Positions 40,306-54,822 of a DNA stretch of 64,000 nucleotides are shown piece by piece (the first letter of the stretch is position 1; each line of letters opens with the position of its first letter). A program made the position numbers and the translations under genes. Location of the stretch: NCBI GenBank assembly GCA_951406725.2, contig OX597814.1:172484001-172548000 (forward strand), read 5' to 3'. The notes beneath the pieces were generated by a model. It saw only the letters and a list, made by a program, of their open reading frames with translations, ran no database searches and had not been told where the DNA came from. Source of the DNA: Octopus vulgaris. Its lineage: Eukaryota.

Positions 40306-41573
40306 TATATAATCCAGTTCAGATTATCCTTGCCAATTTTAAGCATGTGTACGAAGGCAGAATGTTGGTTTACAACCATGAAGATCCAGTTTCGATTTTA
40401 CTGTATGTCACCTGGTTCAGTAGTCTCATAGCAGTCCAAGCTATGCGAGAGAAATCAAACGGAGGTGTACTGTGTAAAAAGCCCATCGGATGTATTCTGT
40501 ACTTATGATTCGAGAGCCCAAATGATTTTGCTCGAATAATTCGTTTATGTCAAAAATATCTTCGGAATACTCAGCCATTCACTCTCTAAGCTAACGAATC
40601 TATAATTCCGTTGACTGAACAACTATTATAACCATTAGACGAAATATTTTAAAAGCTGTTGATTGTATATATTGTGAAGATCAGTAAATTTTGGTTGAAC
40701 CATCAGGAATTCTCTTCTAGATCGTACGTTCCCCACTTGTGCCTAACCTATGTTCAGTCATGTTAAGCAATTTGGGTAGAACTACAGTAACTATGGACAC
40801 CAATCTTCTTCGTTGGACTGTTTAAAACAAAGAAACGGGGATCAATAACTGATCTATTAATGTTAGACGTGTGCTGCTCAGTTTTTGATGAATTCAATCA
40901 AAATTGTTGTTATAGTTGTTACTGATGTATAACCCCAGGTCATTCTTGATTGAGCAAGCATATGATGAAAGGCTTTTAAATCTCTAACTATCCTGTCCGT
41001 CTTTTTAGAGGTATTATACGTGTTTTAACAGTCGTTATTCTGAGATTAGGAATATTTCACCATCATACTATTACCCATTCTCTCACTAACACAATATTTT
41101 CGTGTATCAGAAGCTTTTCTGTTATGTTCCAGATAACTGAAGTTTCTTCAATCAGAGTATAGACTATAAATAATGGATGGAATCTGTCACAGATAAAAAA
41201 AAAATTATATACATAAACAAAGAAGCGAAGCAAAACACTCGAAAGCCGTTTCTTTTTGGAAATGAAGCTCACTTTACACAGACAAAGTCATAATTTTCCT
41301 TTATATCATTGTTCATTATTTGTTTTCGACATTTACGAAAAACTGATACCAATTCGGAAGTTTACTCGAATCGAATAGGAGAATAGGACTGACTATTTAA
41401 GCGTGTTTGCCAGGACCGTTTTAAATGCGTTAAGTGTGTTAAGGGAGTTGCTACTATAAATCATTCCCAAATTGCTTAGGGGGTTTCGGGTTTAGACGTC
41501 GAACTTCAAACAGCTCCGTATCTCGATCAAACCACGATATATTCAAGCTATGTATATGTGTACATGTATACAT

Positions 41574-41654
<81 letters not shown>

Positions 41655-42324
41655 CATATGCATATATATATATATATACATATGCATATATATAAATATA
41701 TATAAATATATACATATACATATACATATATATATACATATACATACACATACACGCCCACCTACACACAGAGACACATACACATACACAGATATATATT
41801 GTATATAGTATGTATTCGTATGTGTATATATTTATGTATACATAAGTTGAAGCGCGCGCGCACAAACACACACACACACTCACGGAGACAACATACACAT
41901 ACATGAATATATATATATGAAGGACAAAGTTTGTGAAGTTGGAAAAGATAAGGAAAAGATGTTGGCAGAGGTGGTGTTTGCGAAAGAGAAAAAGAGATAA
42001 CGAAAATCAGAGTTAGTGTGTGTATGTAACAGACAGGGAAAACAAAATAGATTGACCAGGAGAGAGAGAGAGAGAGAGAGACAATGAGAAAGCAAGAGAA
42101 AAAGAGAGAGAGAGGAGGGGAGAGAGAAAATTAGAGAGGGAGGAATGGGACTAAGGAATGTGAAGACTTTTAGCTTAATGAGACTCTTTGGTAAACGGAT
42201 ACAAATGCGGCTAATGTGCTATCATGTACGGTTTAGATTTGTCTTTCTTTTTGTTTCACTTAAAATCTCTATTTCTCATGGAGGAAAATGTATATATGCT
42301 TGTATGTATGTACATATATGTATG

Positions 42325-42356
<32 letters not shown>

Positions 42357-42374
42357 TGTATGTATGTATGTATG

Positions 42375-42442
<68 letters not shown>

Positions 42443-42503
42443 CATAGGATAGCTCGGTAGCCACTACACACATTTTTTTCTCTCCTTGTTTCTTTCAGTG
42501 TTC

Positions 42504-42539
42504 CTTTCTGTGGAAGAGCGTAGGCTCGAAACGTAAAAG
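42504..42539 (+). ncRNA. 36-nt minimal hammerhead-like motif with A6U core, in a TA-flanked island (42446-42630)
   Basis: cttt CTGTGGA a gagc gtag gctc GAAACGTA aaag: stem I cttt/aaag, stem II gagc/gctc, ACGT palindrome, GUA. Confidence 0.7.
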
Positions 42540-42846
42540 ACTTTTTCAATTCCTGAGCGTTATACTAATGCATCTGTTTGTTTTCCACATCACCCGTCTT
42601 CGTCCTTTGTTTTTTCCCTGAATTCTCCCTATACATATATATATATATATATATACATATCTTACTTTGGATTTACTGGTGTAAAATGGCGTAAATATAT
42701 GAAAAGTTATATAAGGATATTAAGTATATGATTTAAGTTATAGAACGAAGTTCAACAAAATTCAATCATATTTTTCATAACTGGAGGAGATTAGATGGGA
42801 TAAAATATCTGGGATAAAATATATGGGATAAAATATCTATTCAATT

Positions 42847-42926
42847 TGCTTGACGATCATTTCGTACAGAAAGACAATAAATTCAGTGTAAGAATCTGCG
42901 TTGTCAAAGAGTGCTCATCAGTGGCA
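42847..42926 (-). ncRNA. Degenerate hammerhead motif
   Basis: tgcca CTGATGA gcac...gtac GAAA tgatc GTC aagca; stems partly mismatched. Confidence 0.6.
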
Positions 42927-44018
42927 CAATAAGAAAAAATAAGAACTTAATAAAGAAACAGGTGGATTTAAGAATTACATGGGTATTGTGTTCTTACTAA
43001 TATTTAATGTATAATTTTTCTAGGAGTCATGTCTATTTAAAACACGCCTAACGAGCAAAAGTTAGGTGATGATATATATAACATAGAAATACAGGTAACT
43101 TTCTCTCTATAGATTAGTGTAAATGAGCTAGTTTAAAAATCTATATAGGAAGAAGCAAGTGGGGTTGATAAACCAAATAAGGAAGTACGGAATATTTAAA
43201 TACAGGAGACTGAAATTTATATTTGACCGTTAATAACCATTTCGGCTTCTTTTAAATTAGAAAAAAATGTTTAAGAGCCCTCATTAATGATTAGTGGTAT
43301 ATAAACTTTACAACAGAATGTTAATGTAAATAGTATATTAGAAATATAGGAGATAATCTACCGAAAATAGTTAAAGTAGTAAAATTTAGATACTAATACA
43401 ACAATATTAGAAAAGTATGAAAATTATGAAGATAATAAATAAATATATGAAAAAAGAGGATATTTTACTTACAATGTTCGCTGCTAAAACTATGAAACAT
43501 CTATGGAATGGTATATAGAAGAAATATATCGAAAAGATTAGAAAATAATTTTAGAGAGACTAAATATAATCGAAAGTTGACTAGTGTAGAGAAGACAATA
43601 GATAAGGGGGAAATGATCTAGCTTATATCTGCTAGGAGACTGGAAAAATTAGAAATATTGGCATTATATGTATATGGGTATGGTTACTCAGAAAAATATT
43701 TTCTTGTGTTATATATAATTATACATATAAAGGTTTGTACATGTAGATACGGGTACAACTAAATATGCATATATAAAAAAAAACAATTTGTGTACAAGTA
43801 AAACAACAATTATATGTATACACATACAATGTATAATCTGAACATTATGGACAATGAAGTAATCAGACATCGAAATATACGATAAGGCACATATGCACCC
43901 TATAGACGATAGTGACAAAGAGATACTCTTATACATGGAACACCTGTAGCCATGTACATATATGTACATAATTATAATTTTCATACGTAGATACATACAA
44001 AAATATGTACAGACAGAC

Positions 44019-44070
<52 letters not shown>

Positions 44071-44118
44071 CCGAGGCATCGATGCGGCTGCCTCGTGGAA
44101 TATTTATTCCTCCTGGCT

Positions 44119-44226
44119 TCCTTGCCGATGAGACGAGCCAGTGGTAGATTAACTTGATTAAATTTAATTTAATTTAATTAGGGTGGTTTGCCAAAAAGTA
44201 CGTCGAAACAATGCATTGTCCAAGGA
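44119..44226 (+). ncRNA. Type I hammerhead with U4C core and 12-nt palindromic stem III
   Basis: Stem I tccttg/caagga; CCGATGA 44125-44131; stem II gacg/cgtc; GAA-ACAATGCATTGT-C; island 44068-44353 bounded by (TA)n on both sides. Confidence 0.85.
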
Positions 44227-44384
44227 TGATTAGGGTAAATGTTTTTAATTTTCCTTTGATTTCTGAATTACTACTATTTAGCGGTTTGAGTTTGGCTGCT
44301 CTTTCTAGTGAGTCGAATGACCTATCAGGGCCATTCCTTAATATTGTTGAAATTATATATATATATATATATATATATGAAGGT

Positions 44385-44793
44385 TGCAAAATAGCACCTA
44401 CAATTGTTAGAAATGAGAGCCAAAATTTAACTCGAACGGCCACACAAAATCTCTGACCTCATGAAATTGCGAACAGCAGGCCATATCTTTCTTTGGCGAG
44501 ACACACTCACAGAATGAAGTAGTTTGATAAGACCTTAACACTTGATTTCTGAATTTGATCAACGTGATCTCGTTTCTCATCAGTGGTTTCTACAATTACT
44601 CTATTGATCAAATTTCGAAATCCCATGCTAAGTCTTTATGAAACTATTTCATTCTGTGAGTGTATCTCGCCAAAGAAAGATGTTGTGGCCCGCTGCTCGC
44701 AGTTAGTAATATTTCATGAGGGCAGAGCTTTTGTGTGGATGTTCGTGTTAAATTTTGGCTCTCATTTCTAGCAATTGTAGGTGCTATTTTGCA
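44385..44793. mobile_element. Old palindromic island (arms 44385-44562 / 44604-44793) with decayed hammerhead (CTGATGA on minus at 44577-44583)
   Basis: Outer ends near-perfect, interior diverged with indels; TTTGGCTCTCATTTCTAGC motif near the outer ends. Confidence 0.88.
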
Positions 44794-45105
44794 CCCCCAA
44801 TTATTAATTTCACCTTTTTGGCTTTAATTGCTACAGCCGCCTATATTATAATGTATTCAATATATCTTAATATATTATTATAATATCTTATTGTATGTTA
44901 TATATATATATATATACTAAGCAATAAAGGGTTTAGCAACGAATTGCCTTACCACAGACCGAATTTAGAAATAGCAGTCAAAGAGTTATAGCTATTTCTT
45001 CTACTAAAAAGGGAGATCTCAGTAAAAAACACAGCAATTGGAAGGCAGACACAAACAGGTAAGAGAGAATGAATTGACGGCAATCTATCATACAATTTTA
45101 AGTTA

Positions 45106-45205
45106 TCTACGGACGCACGTTTCGAAATCAAGTTTTTAGGAAAGCATAAGAATTAAATATTAAATAATTCTACGTTACCCAAACTTCTTTTCTCTTCAGC
45201 GTAGA
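45106..45205 (-). ncRNA. Type I hammerhead ribozyme, apparently intact
   Basis: Minus: tctacg CTGAAGA gaaa...tttc GAAAC gtgc GTC cgtaga; 6-bp stem I; the island runs to (TA)n at 44915. Confidence 0.87.
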
Positions 45206-45595
45206 ATACTATAATCATAAATGATTATATATTGAATTTTGAGATACTAGAAGGCACCAACTCAACTCAGTATCAGAGCGAGCTAGAATCCGCAACCAGT
45301 ATCACCAAATTCAAAGTGTGAATGAAAGGATTGTGTCACCAGCCCCTTCCCACCCGCGTGTAGCCAAAACAAGATGCTATGGTCATCCACTGAGATAAAA
45401 TATGGTTATCCGTAATAATGAAGGGTGAAATTAATTAATTTGGAATAATTATCAATTACACCAAGTAGTCTTCGGCATGTAAAATATATATATTGTGTAT
45501 CAATTCTTTGATGCTTTTATTCGTTTTAGCTTTTAGGCTGCGGCCATGCTGCAGCACCACCTTGGACAGTGTTTAGTAGAACAAATTGAGCCCTT

Positions 45596-46133
45596 AAGTT
45601 ACGGTGACAATGTGAAGAACATCGCAGATGTGCGTGCAACTGTGAGGGGAAATCGTCGAATCACCATTTGTGAATCATCAGAAAATGTGCAGATTAGTTA
45701 CGGTTCAGTTCAGTCCATTATCACTGAAGATTTGGGTATGAGACGCGTGTCTGCCAAGTTTGTGCCAAAACCGCTTTAAGTTGTCCAAAAGGACACTCGG
45801 GTTTCAGTTATACAAGATCTACTTGATTGTATTGAGAGCGATGAAATCTTTTTTGAAAACTTTGCGTAGGCCCCTGAGCAGGTATCGCCAAGCTTTTGGC
45901 AAAATTTGATGCAGATTCTCTGCTCAACTTTCTCTGTCATGGTCAATTCGATGATCGCACGCTACATTCCTTCCTTCCAAGCACTGCTGTAAGCAGCTAA
46001 AGTAAGCTAGAATGTTAAAACTTAGTGCACATGCACGAAAGTGCTCAAGGTCAATCTGTGCCAAGCGGCTTTACTCTCCATGCTTTAACTTCGTTACAAT
46101 GACAACTGTCCGGATACTTATTGATCAGACTAC
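45596..46133. mobile_element. Rearranged mariner relic (plus-strand HTH region 45596-45865, then an inverted end with TIR-like terminus)
   Basis: VRATVRGNRRITI...ISYGSVQSIITEDLGMRRVSAKFVPK; ends CCGGATACTTATTGATCAGACTAC-ATA. Confidence 0.8.
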
Positions 46134-46292
46134 ATATATGTATGTATATATATATATATGAATTTTTGCTTCAAGATTCCTGATGTGAAACGTGTGTTAA
46201 AACAGATATCCTTATATTTCAAGACGGTCACTTTCTTTTCTGCCAAATAACCACGCGCACTATATATTCGTTCTCATTTCATCTTATATTGG

Positions 46293-46424
46293 TTGTCCGA
46301 AGATCTTTCGTCACACATCTCTGACCTCTCCAGCGACCCTTTCCGTCCACCCGTGTCCTCCTACTCTGTTTAATCCAATCTCAGAGTGAGGTCACAGATG
46401 TATGAAGGAAAGATTTCCGGACAA
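46293..46424. mobile_element. Short diverged palindrome (46293-46328 / 46388-46424) with hammerhead-like motif on minus 46295-46338
   Basis: Minus: ggtcg CTGGAGA g gtca...tgac GAAAGATCTT cggac; AGATCT palindrome. Confidence 0.68.
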
Positions 46425-46544
46425 TGGACTGGACATAAGATAGAATAAGAACAGTAATGGACCGGTGAAGAAGGAATATATAGTTTTTATTTGGCAAAAA
46501 AAAAGAATGACCTTCCAGAAATATAACAATACGCACGCGCGCAC

Positions 46545-46602
<58 letters not shown>

Positions 46603-48235
46603 AGTCAAAGGGACATTAGACAAACAGAAAGTGAAAGCACTGCGATCTGGTAAATTTTTCTACATGACACTAAAATTTAATGCGATCCGCTCTTACAAAC
46701 AGAATTTATGATTAATAAATTCGGTGGTAGCAAAGCCGGACAAATGACAAATTAAGCAAATTAAAAAACTTTTGATGTGCTTAATGATGTAAGTATTCTT
46801 AATGAAATGAAATTTGTCTTTTGGTTGCAGAAATAAAAAAAAATAAGTAACGACATTTCTAAGCAAATCTTAAATAGAGGAAGAGATGATTTTAAGCTTT
46901 AAAAGAAATTCTACTGAAAATTGAATCTTCAGTCGTAGTAAAACAATATTGTCTTCTTTAACAACTACAGACATCTTTGGATTTTGTTAGACATCAACAG
47001 AACAGTTTTCTGAAGCTTGCTTTGATCAGTGGGCAGAATTTTACAAGAAAAACAATTGCAGAGTTTTGCCCCGTTTAATTTGTCTGATTACAATAAGTGA
47101 GCTAGGGACTAAAAACTTGAAATTTTTGTTACACCCCTTTGAAAAATTATTTCAAAGGCTCTGAGGTCAGTTTAGCTTCTCATATTTTCAAACACGATAG
47201 AAATAAATATCTGTCAACTGCCGAGGACTACCTGACAAGTTTGCAATCCAACCCACAATATGTGACTGTGTCACTGTCACTAATCAATAAGGAGCGATAG
47301 AACATGAAGTCTTATTAAAATAATTTAAGTTATAATGTCACCGAGCGAGACAGAAAATGTCACTTGTTCTCTCGCTTTTTCTCTAGGAAAATACGAACAG
47401 GCGTAAAGAAAAACTATTGAATATCTTGGTATTCACAAAAAGTATGGAAACTCTTCGAACCAAAACTAAAATTGTTTTTCACCCAAATTGGAAAAAAAAC
47501 AATACACCACAGTATCTAACAAAGACTATAATTTCATAACTGGAAGTAGCCACCAGCTTTGTCGGATAGACTAGAACATTCTTTAAGCATATTAGATTTA
47601 AGTGTATACAGATGCGTATTGACTACAGTACGCATCTATGTTTTGTTATATATATTTTATCATTTTTATTAACTAGGAATTTACAGGATTATCATCTTTG
47701 CCATCTGTTAAGTATCGTTACATAAATTCGATGCTGCTGAAGACTTAAATGTATTTTGAAATACACACGAAATGAATGCGGATATTTACTTTCTAGATAG
47801 ACACAGAAAAACACACACACAGGCATACATGAGATCGATATATTGAAGATCAAGAAGTACGATTTGGTATTGGAATATTTTTCATAGAGACTCAAATACC
47901 AATATTTGCAGATTGATGCTCTACTTAGTTAAAGGAGCAAATGTAAATGCTAAAATAATGTTGTTACCTTTACTTGTATTATATAAACGTATGTATCCAT
48001 ACGCGCACACAGATCTAAACACCCTTATATATACATACATACATACATACATACATACATACATACATACATACATACATACATACATACATACATACAT
48101 ACGTACGTACATGCATGCACCTGTTATTAAGTAACAAATTAACTTGTCTACATGCAACTTAAAGTTACACACGCACACACATATATAGACATACATATAC
48201 ATATGCGCTGATACAATAGCATATATATGAGTATA

Positions 48236-48670
48236 GGCGTAGGAGTGGCTGTGTGGTAAGTAGCTTGCTTACCACACGGCTTGCTTACCAACCACATGGT
48301 TCTGGGTTCAGTCCCATTGCGTGGCACCTTGGGCAAGTGTCTTCTACTATAGTTTCGGGCCGACCAAAGCCTTGTGAGTGGATTTGGTAGACGGAAACTG
48401 AAATAAGCCCGTCGTATATGTGTGTATATATATGATGTGTGTGTATATGTTTGTGTGTCTTTGTTTGTCCCTCCAACATCGCTTAACAACCGATGCTGGT
48501 GTGTTTACGTCTCTGTAACTTAGTGGTTTAGCATAAGGGACCGATAGAATAAGTAATAGGCTTACAAAGAATAGACTCTGGAGTCGATTTGCTCAACTAA
48601 AGGCGGTGCTCCAGCATGACCGCAGTCAAATTACTGAAACAAGTAAACGAATAAACGAATAAAAAAGAAT
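48236..48670 (+). mobile_element. SINE group B, full length
   Basis: Head GGCGTAGGAGTGGCTGTGTGGTAAG; small internal duplication gcttgcttacca; tail GAAACAAGTAAA. Confidence 0.92.
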
Positions 48671-49744
48671 ATATAGATAGATAGATAGATAGATAGATAG
48701 AGATGATAGATAGGTGTTTAAATTTGTGCGTTGTGTGATGTGTCTGTCTGTGTGTGTATGTGTGTGTGTGCATGCGCGCATAATAGTAATTTATAAGTAA
48801 CAATTCGAGTATAAAAAAAGACATCTCTTTATTTATGGAATAATATTTGCCTTGACTCGAAAACATTTTCTCCTGTCACCCTATATATTACTGCATAACT
48901 AGGTCAAGATTAATGTAGAGGACTCGGTAAATTTCAAGTGCAAACATTGCAAAAATATTTCGAAGCCTGATATCAACATTCTATTATTCTGAGTAAGTGT
49001 TATAACCCGTGATCAACAGCGAAGCTAAATATTTGTTTATTGTATTTTTAATAACATATATATTCAAAATTTGAATAAATATCTTTATGATGCATGTGAT
49101 ATTTTATAAATGTGACAACTTTTCTTTCTTACTTTTTGTTCGTTTTACAATGAGGGTAGTTAAAGACATTCTGAAAATATATTAAAAAACAAAACAAAAT
49201 AAAGCTATTTCATTTAGAGAAATATTTAAAATTTGTTATATTTTTCAAAAATTTATTACTATTGTTATTATTTATTTAAACTCAGGAAACACCGGAAGCA
49301 GGAAGGATGATAGCACGAAAGCTATTCAGCGTATGAAAAAATTCTTAACGCAATAATATAGCACTTGATTCATTAAATCACTTTTATTCTTCAATTATTG
49401 AAGATAACTGTCTGAGATTTTTAGGCATACTCCAAATAGTGACATTTCACACACCTATCTGCTTATCGTGTGCTTACTGGCGCCATTTTTCTCGAAAAAG
49501 CTTTAAGCTAAAAGGACAAAAAGAAAAAAGAAAAATGACTAAAAAGTTTATTCAGCTATGAATTTTTTTAAAGTCATCTGTGAGATTTATGATTCATATT
49601 TTTTAAAATTCAAATTAATACACCGATACAAATGTCTGCTGGATTTTATGTAGAATATATGTTATTGCTTTTCCTTATTTTCGATAATAATAGATGTCGG
49701 TGGAGCTCGAAATTGCGCTCATCTGTATTTGAAGCAAATATGAA

Positions 49745-49978
49745 ACTGGTAGAATCGCTAGCGCGTCGGACAAAATGCTTAGTGGCATTCTTCTGGCTGT
49801 TCAAATCCCGCCGCGTTCGACTTTGATTTTTATCATAAGCGCAGGCTTGCCAACCACATAATTCCAGATACAGTCCCACTACGTGGTACCTTGGGCAAGT
49901 GTCTCTTACTATAGCCTCGGGCCGACCAAAACCTTGTGAGTGGATTTAGTAGACGGAAACTAAAGGAAGTCCGTCGTG

Positions 49979-50063
<85 letters not shown>

Positions 50064-50282
50064 ATGTATATGATAATTCTATGTGTGTCTTTTTGTCCAT
50101 GTTTGCCCTCTCATCACTACTTGACAACCAGTGTTGGAGTGTTTACGTCTCCGTGATAAGTACTAGGCTTAGAAAAACAAGTCTCGGGGTCGATTTGTTC
50201 GACTAAAACCCGTCAAGGGAGTGCTACGGCATGGCTCAATCAAGTGACTGAAACAAGTAAAAGAATTAAAGAATAAAAGAAT
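49745..50282 (+). mobile_element. SINE A fragment (49745-49835) followed by SINE B (49839-50282)
   Basis: Diverged matches to other copies in the window. Confidence 0.8.
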
Positions 50283-51499
50283 ACAGGGTCGATAGAATAA
50301 ATGTCTGTCGTACAATGGGCTCAATGCAACCGACTTATTACATCTTTTAAAAATAGTTGGCCTTATGCCGAAAGTTAAATTGTTTTCCCAAATATTCAAG
50401 CAAAGGCTTGGTTGAGTCATTCGCGCGTCACACAAAATACTTATTGGCATTTTCTCCCGATTCTTTACGTTCTGGGTTTAAATGTCGCCGAGGTCAAATC
50501 TAGGCGATATGAATTTGTGTTCTTGATAAGACGGATATCATTTATTAAGTGGTAACAGTAGCCATATATAAAAAGAAAACGGTTGTTGACATAATTAAGA
50601 TATATAGAGCAAAATCCACAGAGATTTACAAACTATCAATTATTGATGGTAATTTAATATATTTATATTGATTTGTCATTCAGGTTTTCTCTTAATGTAA
50701 TTATGTTGAAAATCCGCAGTGATAAAACAATATCTTTGAATTCTCGTCGCAATATATCATAAAGGCTTCCACACAGTTTCCATGTATATATTTTTGCTGG
50801 TACGTCTTGTGTCAAATCTTGACTACGGTCGAAGGCATTTGGCCAGGATTTGATTGACAAGTGAATCTCTAAATAATTTAGCTGTGCTCGCTCTCAATAA
50901 AGTACTTCAACATTCTTTAATTCGCAAAAATATAAAAAAAAAACTGCAAGGAATTCTTGCGCGTGTGTGTGCGCACACACACGCACGTCTATTTTCTAAG
51001 TCGCAAGAATTCTACATGTTTCTCTTAATTCACCCTTTTACAACTCTTAAGAAGTTTCATTATGATTCTGGTACAGGAAACAACTACCGGGTAAACTATG
51101 GATTTCATTTTAATTATGGGAGAGATAGAACAAGTAGAAAGGACAGATTTTGTATAAAAGTGAGAAACAACGAATAATAGAATTCCTACAACTTCAGGTG
51201 ATACATGTGACACAACACACGTATATATATATGTGTATGTGTGTGTGTGCGTGTGTGTGTGCGTGTGTGCATCGTATATATGTGAATATAACTATATATG
51301 TACAAACACACATAAACATATATATAGATATACACACACACCTACATATGTGCGTATATATGTGAATATATAGATATGTATATATATATATATATAAATA
51401 CACACACACTCACATATAAATGTATATAAGTATATGTATATATATATATATGCATATATATATACGTATATATACATATGTATGTATATGTATGTGTAT

Positions 51500-51549
<50 letters not shown>

Positions 51550-51836
51550 GAGTATACATGGATGTATATATGTATCTATACACATATGTATATAGGTACA
51601 TATGTATGCATATGGATATACATAGACTGTGAGTTACGACTACAGTTCTTCAAAGTTCCGCTGCCGCTTATAATAAGCGTGAAACGTATTTATTAAGACG
51701 CCAATTAATGCCATTTCATTCCCTGCCATGATCATCTTTCGCATCCGACATTATTACATCCCTTTATTTTTAATTTACTGTGACATTTATATTCCCAGCT
51801 GTACTAAAACATAAACAGGCGCTGTATGACTACCTT

Positions 51837-51911
<75 letters not shown>

Positions 51912-52631
51912 AAAAATTTTTTTTAAAAATGCAGAATGCTCAAATGAAAGATATATATATATATATATATATACATACATACATTCATACACACAATCAT
52001 ACATACATACATATGTATGTATGTATGTATTTGTGTGTGTGTATATATATATATATATACATACATACATACATACATACATACATACATACATACATAC
52101 ATACGTATGTATGTATGTATGTATGTATGTGTGTATGTATGTATCTTATAAATTTCGTTATTTATCTTTGTTTTTACCAATTATCTTTCACTTGTTTCAC
52201 TCATTAGACTGTGGCCATGCTGGAGCACCCCTTTGAAGAGTTTTTGTCGAACAAACTGATCCCAGTACCAATTTTATCAAAGTGTGTTCTTATGCCGGAC
52301 CGCTAAGTTATGAGGATGTAAGCAAACCAAGAAGCCGCGATGTGAGACGAGGTTAACTGTTTTAGCCAAAACAGTTAAGATCGTGAAAGATGAGACGAAA
52401 TTCATGCATTTACCTCGATAAAGTGTTTCACTCACCTTTAATAAAGTATGCTTATGTAAAGGGCGAATATAATCGAAGTAATTGAAATCAATAAATGTTG
52501 CTCTTTAGTAATAATATAAGTTTTCAGAGTCAATGCAAAAATAGACCCAACAAAATTTGAAGAGAGTAGATTGATAGATAAAAGTTTAAAATAAAAAAGT
52601 ATTTATTATGCAATACATGTAAAGCACAACA

Positions 52632-52973
52632 GGAGGAGGAGACCCCTTCTGTCATGAATGAACATGAGATTGCACCTAGAAAGTTATCCTCCGAGGCACA
52701 AGTCCAGGCAGAGTTGTTTATGTAAGGCCGGCAGTCGCCCATGCATACTATTCTCCCCTCTCCACGCCACCGATGTTATGGAAGGGAAAGGCAAAGGCCG
52801 ATACAGCTTGGCACCAGTGATGTCGCAACTCATTTCTACAGTTGAGTGAACTGGAGCAACGTGAAATAAAGTGTCTTGCTCAAGAACACAACACGCAGTC
52901 CGGTCCGGGAATCGAACTCACAACCTCACGACCGTAAGCTCGACGTTATAACCACTGAGCCATGCGCCTTCAC
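52632..52973 (-). mobile_element. SINE group C variant (head GAAGGCGCATGGCTCAGTGG, tail GGGTCTCCTCCTCC) with 11-bp TSD
   Basis: TSD aaagcacaaca at 52621-52631 and 52974-52984. Confidence 0.88.
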
Positions 52974-54766
52974 AAAGCACAACAAATGCACTTGAATAAA
53001 TCAAAAAATTAGAACGCCTTAGCTGCGAGAAAAGTATTATAAGAATGTAAACACTTTTTCTTAGTTTTTAATTAATAGAAAAGTAAAAAGGGAAACTTTA
53101 GACTGTATGTTTCATTGCTTGTTAACCGCTTCTCAGAGGAAATGCTACTCTCTTAGCTGCCTCTCACATACCTATTTCTTGCTTAGGTAAAAGTTTACAT
53201 ATCTATAATAGCGAATATGAGCCCGAATAACCATTAAGTCTTCTCCTATGGTGAAATCAATGAAAAACCGAGCGACCATTATAGCATCTCCTATAACTAT
53301 GTTTATGTAAAGGAAAAGAATCGAGTCCAATCGGAATCGAAACTGAGCATGGAATCAGCCTGCTTAATCGATCTTCGTTCGATGTTGATTTCCATCATCC
53401 GTAATAACTGTAAAGTCAGCCACCGAAATGTCATTGCATCTTCATAACTTAGGCCCGCTCTACATTACTGATTTATTGTTATCCACCAGTCCGAAATAGG
53501 AAGAATAGAAAATTAAATTTGTAGCTAACTAATCGTTAAATACTCAAAACCCCGAACAAAAACCAACCACCATCAATTTTTACGCATCACTTTTGGATTT
53601 TACAATTTTTAACGTTACAAGTAAACACAACTGAACAGGAAAATATATTCATTGAATTCCATTTTCTTTTTATAGCTTATTTATTTTACTAAATATAATT
53701 TCTCCAATGGCTTCCAGTCCGACCACCTTTGAAATATGTTTGTTAATATTTTGTATTCTCGCTTGGAACTATAAATGTTGCTTGTAAGAGTTTTGATGAT
53801 GGTAACATTTTTTCCTCTATACCAAACACCAATCTAATTATCTTTCTGATCTTTGCAAAATGTCAAATATATGTATTATATCTAACTTCGTCTCACAATA
53901 TTTGATAATCTCTTTTCAAATTTATCAAATAATATACTACCGTGAAAAATTAGAGTTTTGAAGTTTTTCTGTTTTCGTATATCGATCTTTATAGCAGTTG
54001 ACTTACGAAACTATCGTAATGGTTCCAGAGTATCTTGTAATTAAGTTTCACCATGAACACGTCAGAAGCATAAACCAAAGTCATCATTTTTACGTAAAAC
54101 ATCGAGAAATTAGCCTCTGGTTGGGCCATATATACTATTTAGATTGCTGCATAAAGACTTCAACATAGTTACGCACAAATGATGTCTGTGTTTATTCGAG
54201 CTTGTTCCCTGTTATTAAATGTTTTCCTCGCTGCATGTCATAGATAACTGGCCTGAAATGCTTTTTCATTATGGTGTAATTGAAACAAAACACATATTAA
54301 ATATTTAATTATTGTTTATTGCTAATCTGTCTGCGAAAGATCTATAATGCAGAACGTTAACAAAAGTTTCAGTAATATAAATACTTACATACATAGAGAT
54401 AGAGAGAATATATGTGTATATATATATGTTTACACGCACAGACACATACATACACACAGAGTGCTCGATGCTTTATTTACAGTATAACATTTATTATAAT
54501 ATAATGGGTAAAGTGTCATCTTTTCCACTAGTTTAAGTTTCTTACCAAATAGGCACACTTCAGACGGTATCTCAGAAAGGAAGTTTTACTAATCCTACGA
54601 TTTATCATTAGCATAGGTTATCGATTTTAACCATTCTATTGAATTTTATTTGTGAGTAGGATTCTGAATCCTCAATGCAATATACCGAATAGAAATGGTT
54701 GCATTATATATATATATATATGTGTGCGTGTGTGTGTGTGAGAGAGAGAGTGTGTGTGTGTGAGTG

Positions 54767-54822
<56 letters not shown>

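Noticed and set aside
43229-43293. Additional weak hammerhead remnants (also about 34894-34935 +, 46186-46205 + and 56975-57040 -)
   Set aside because: Cores have several substitutions or lack stem I; too degenerate to call individually.
44280-44340. The same motif read as P4-J4/2 of an HDV-like ribozyme
   Set aside because: I could not find consistent P1, P2 and P3 pairings in any copy.
44965-44982. TAGAAATAGCA resembles the engineered SpCas9 sgRNA scaffold
   Set aside because: Only about 11 nt match, the scaffold flanks are absent and the motif recurs in diverged endogenous repeats, so this is coincidence rather than contamination.
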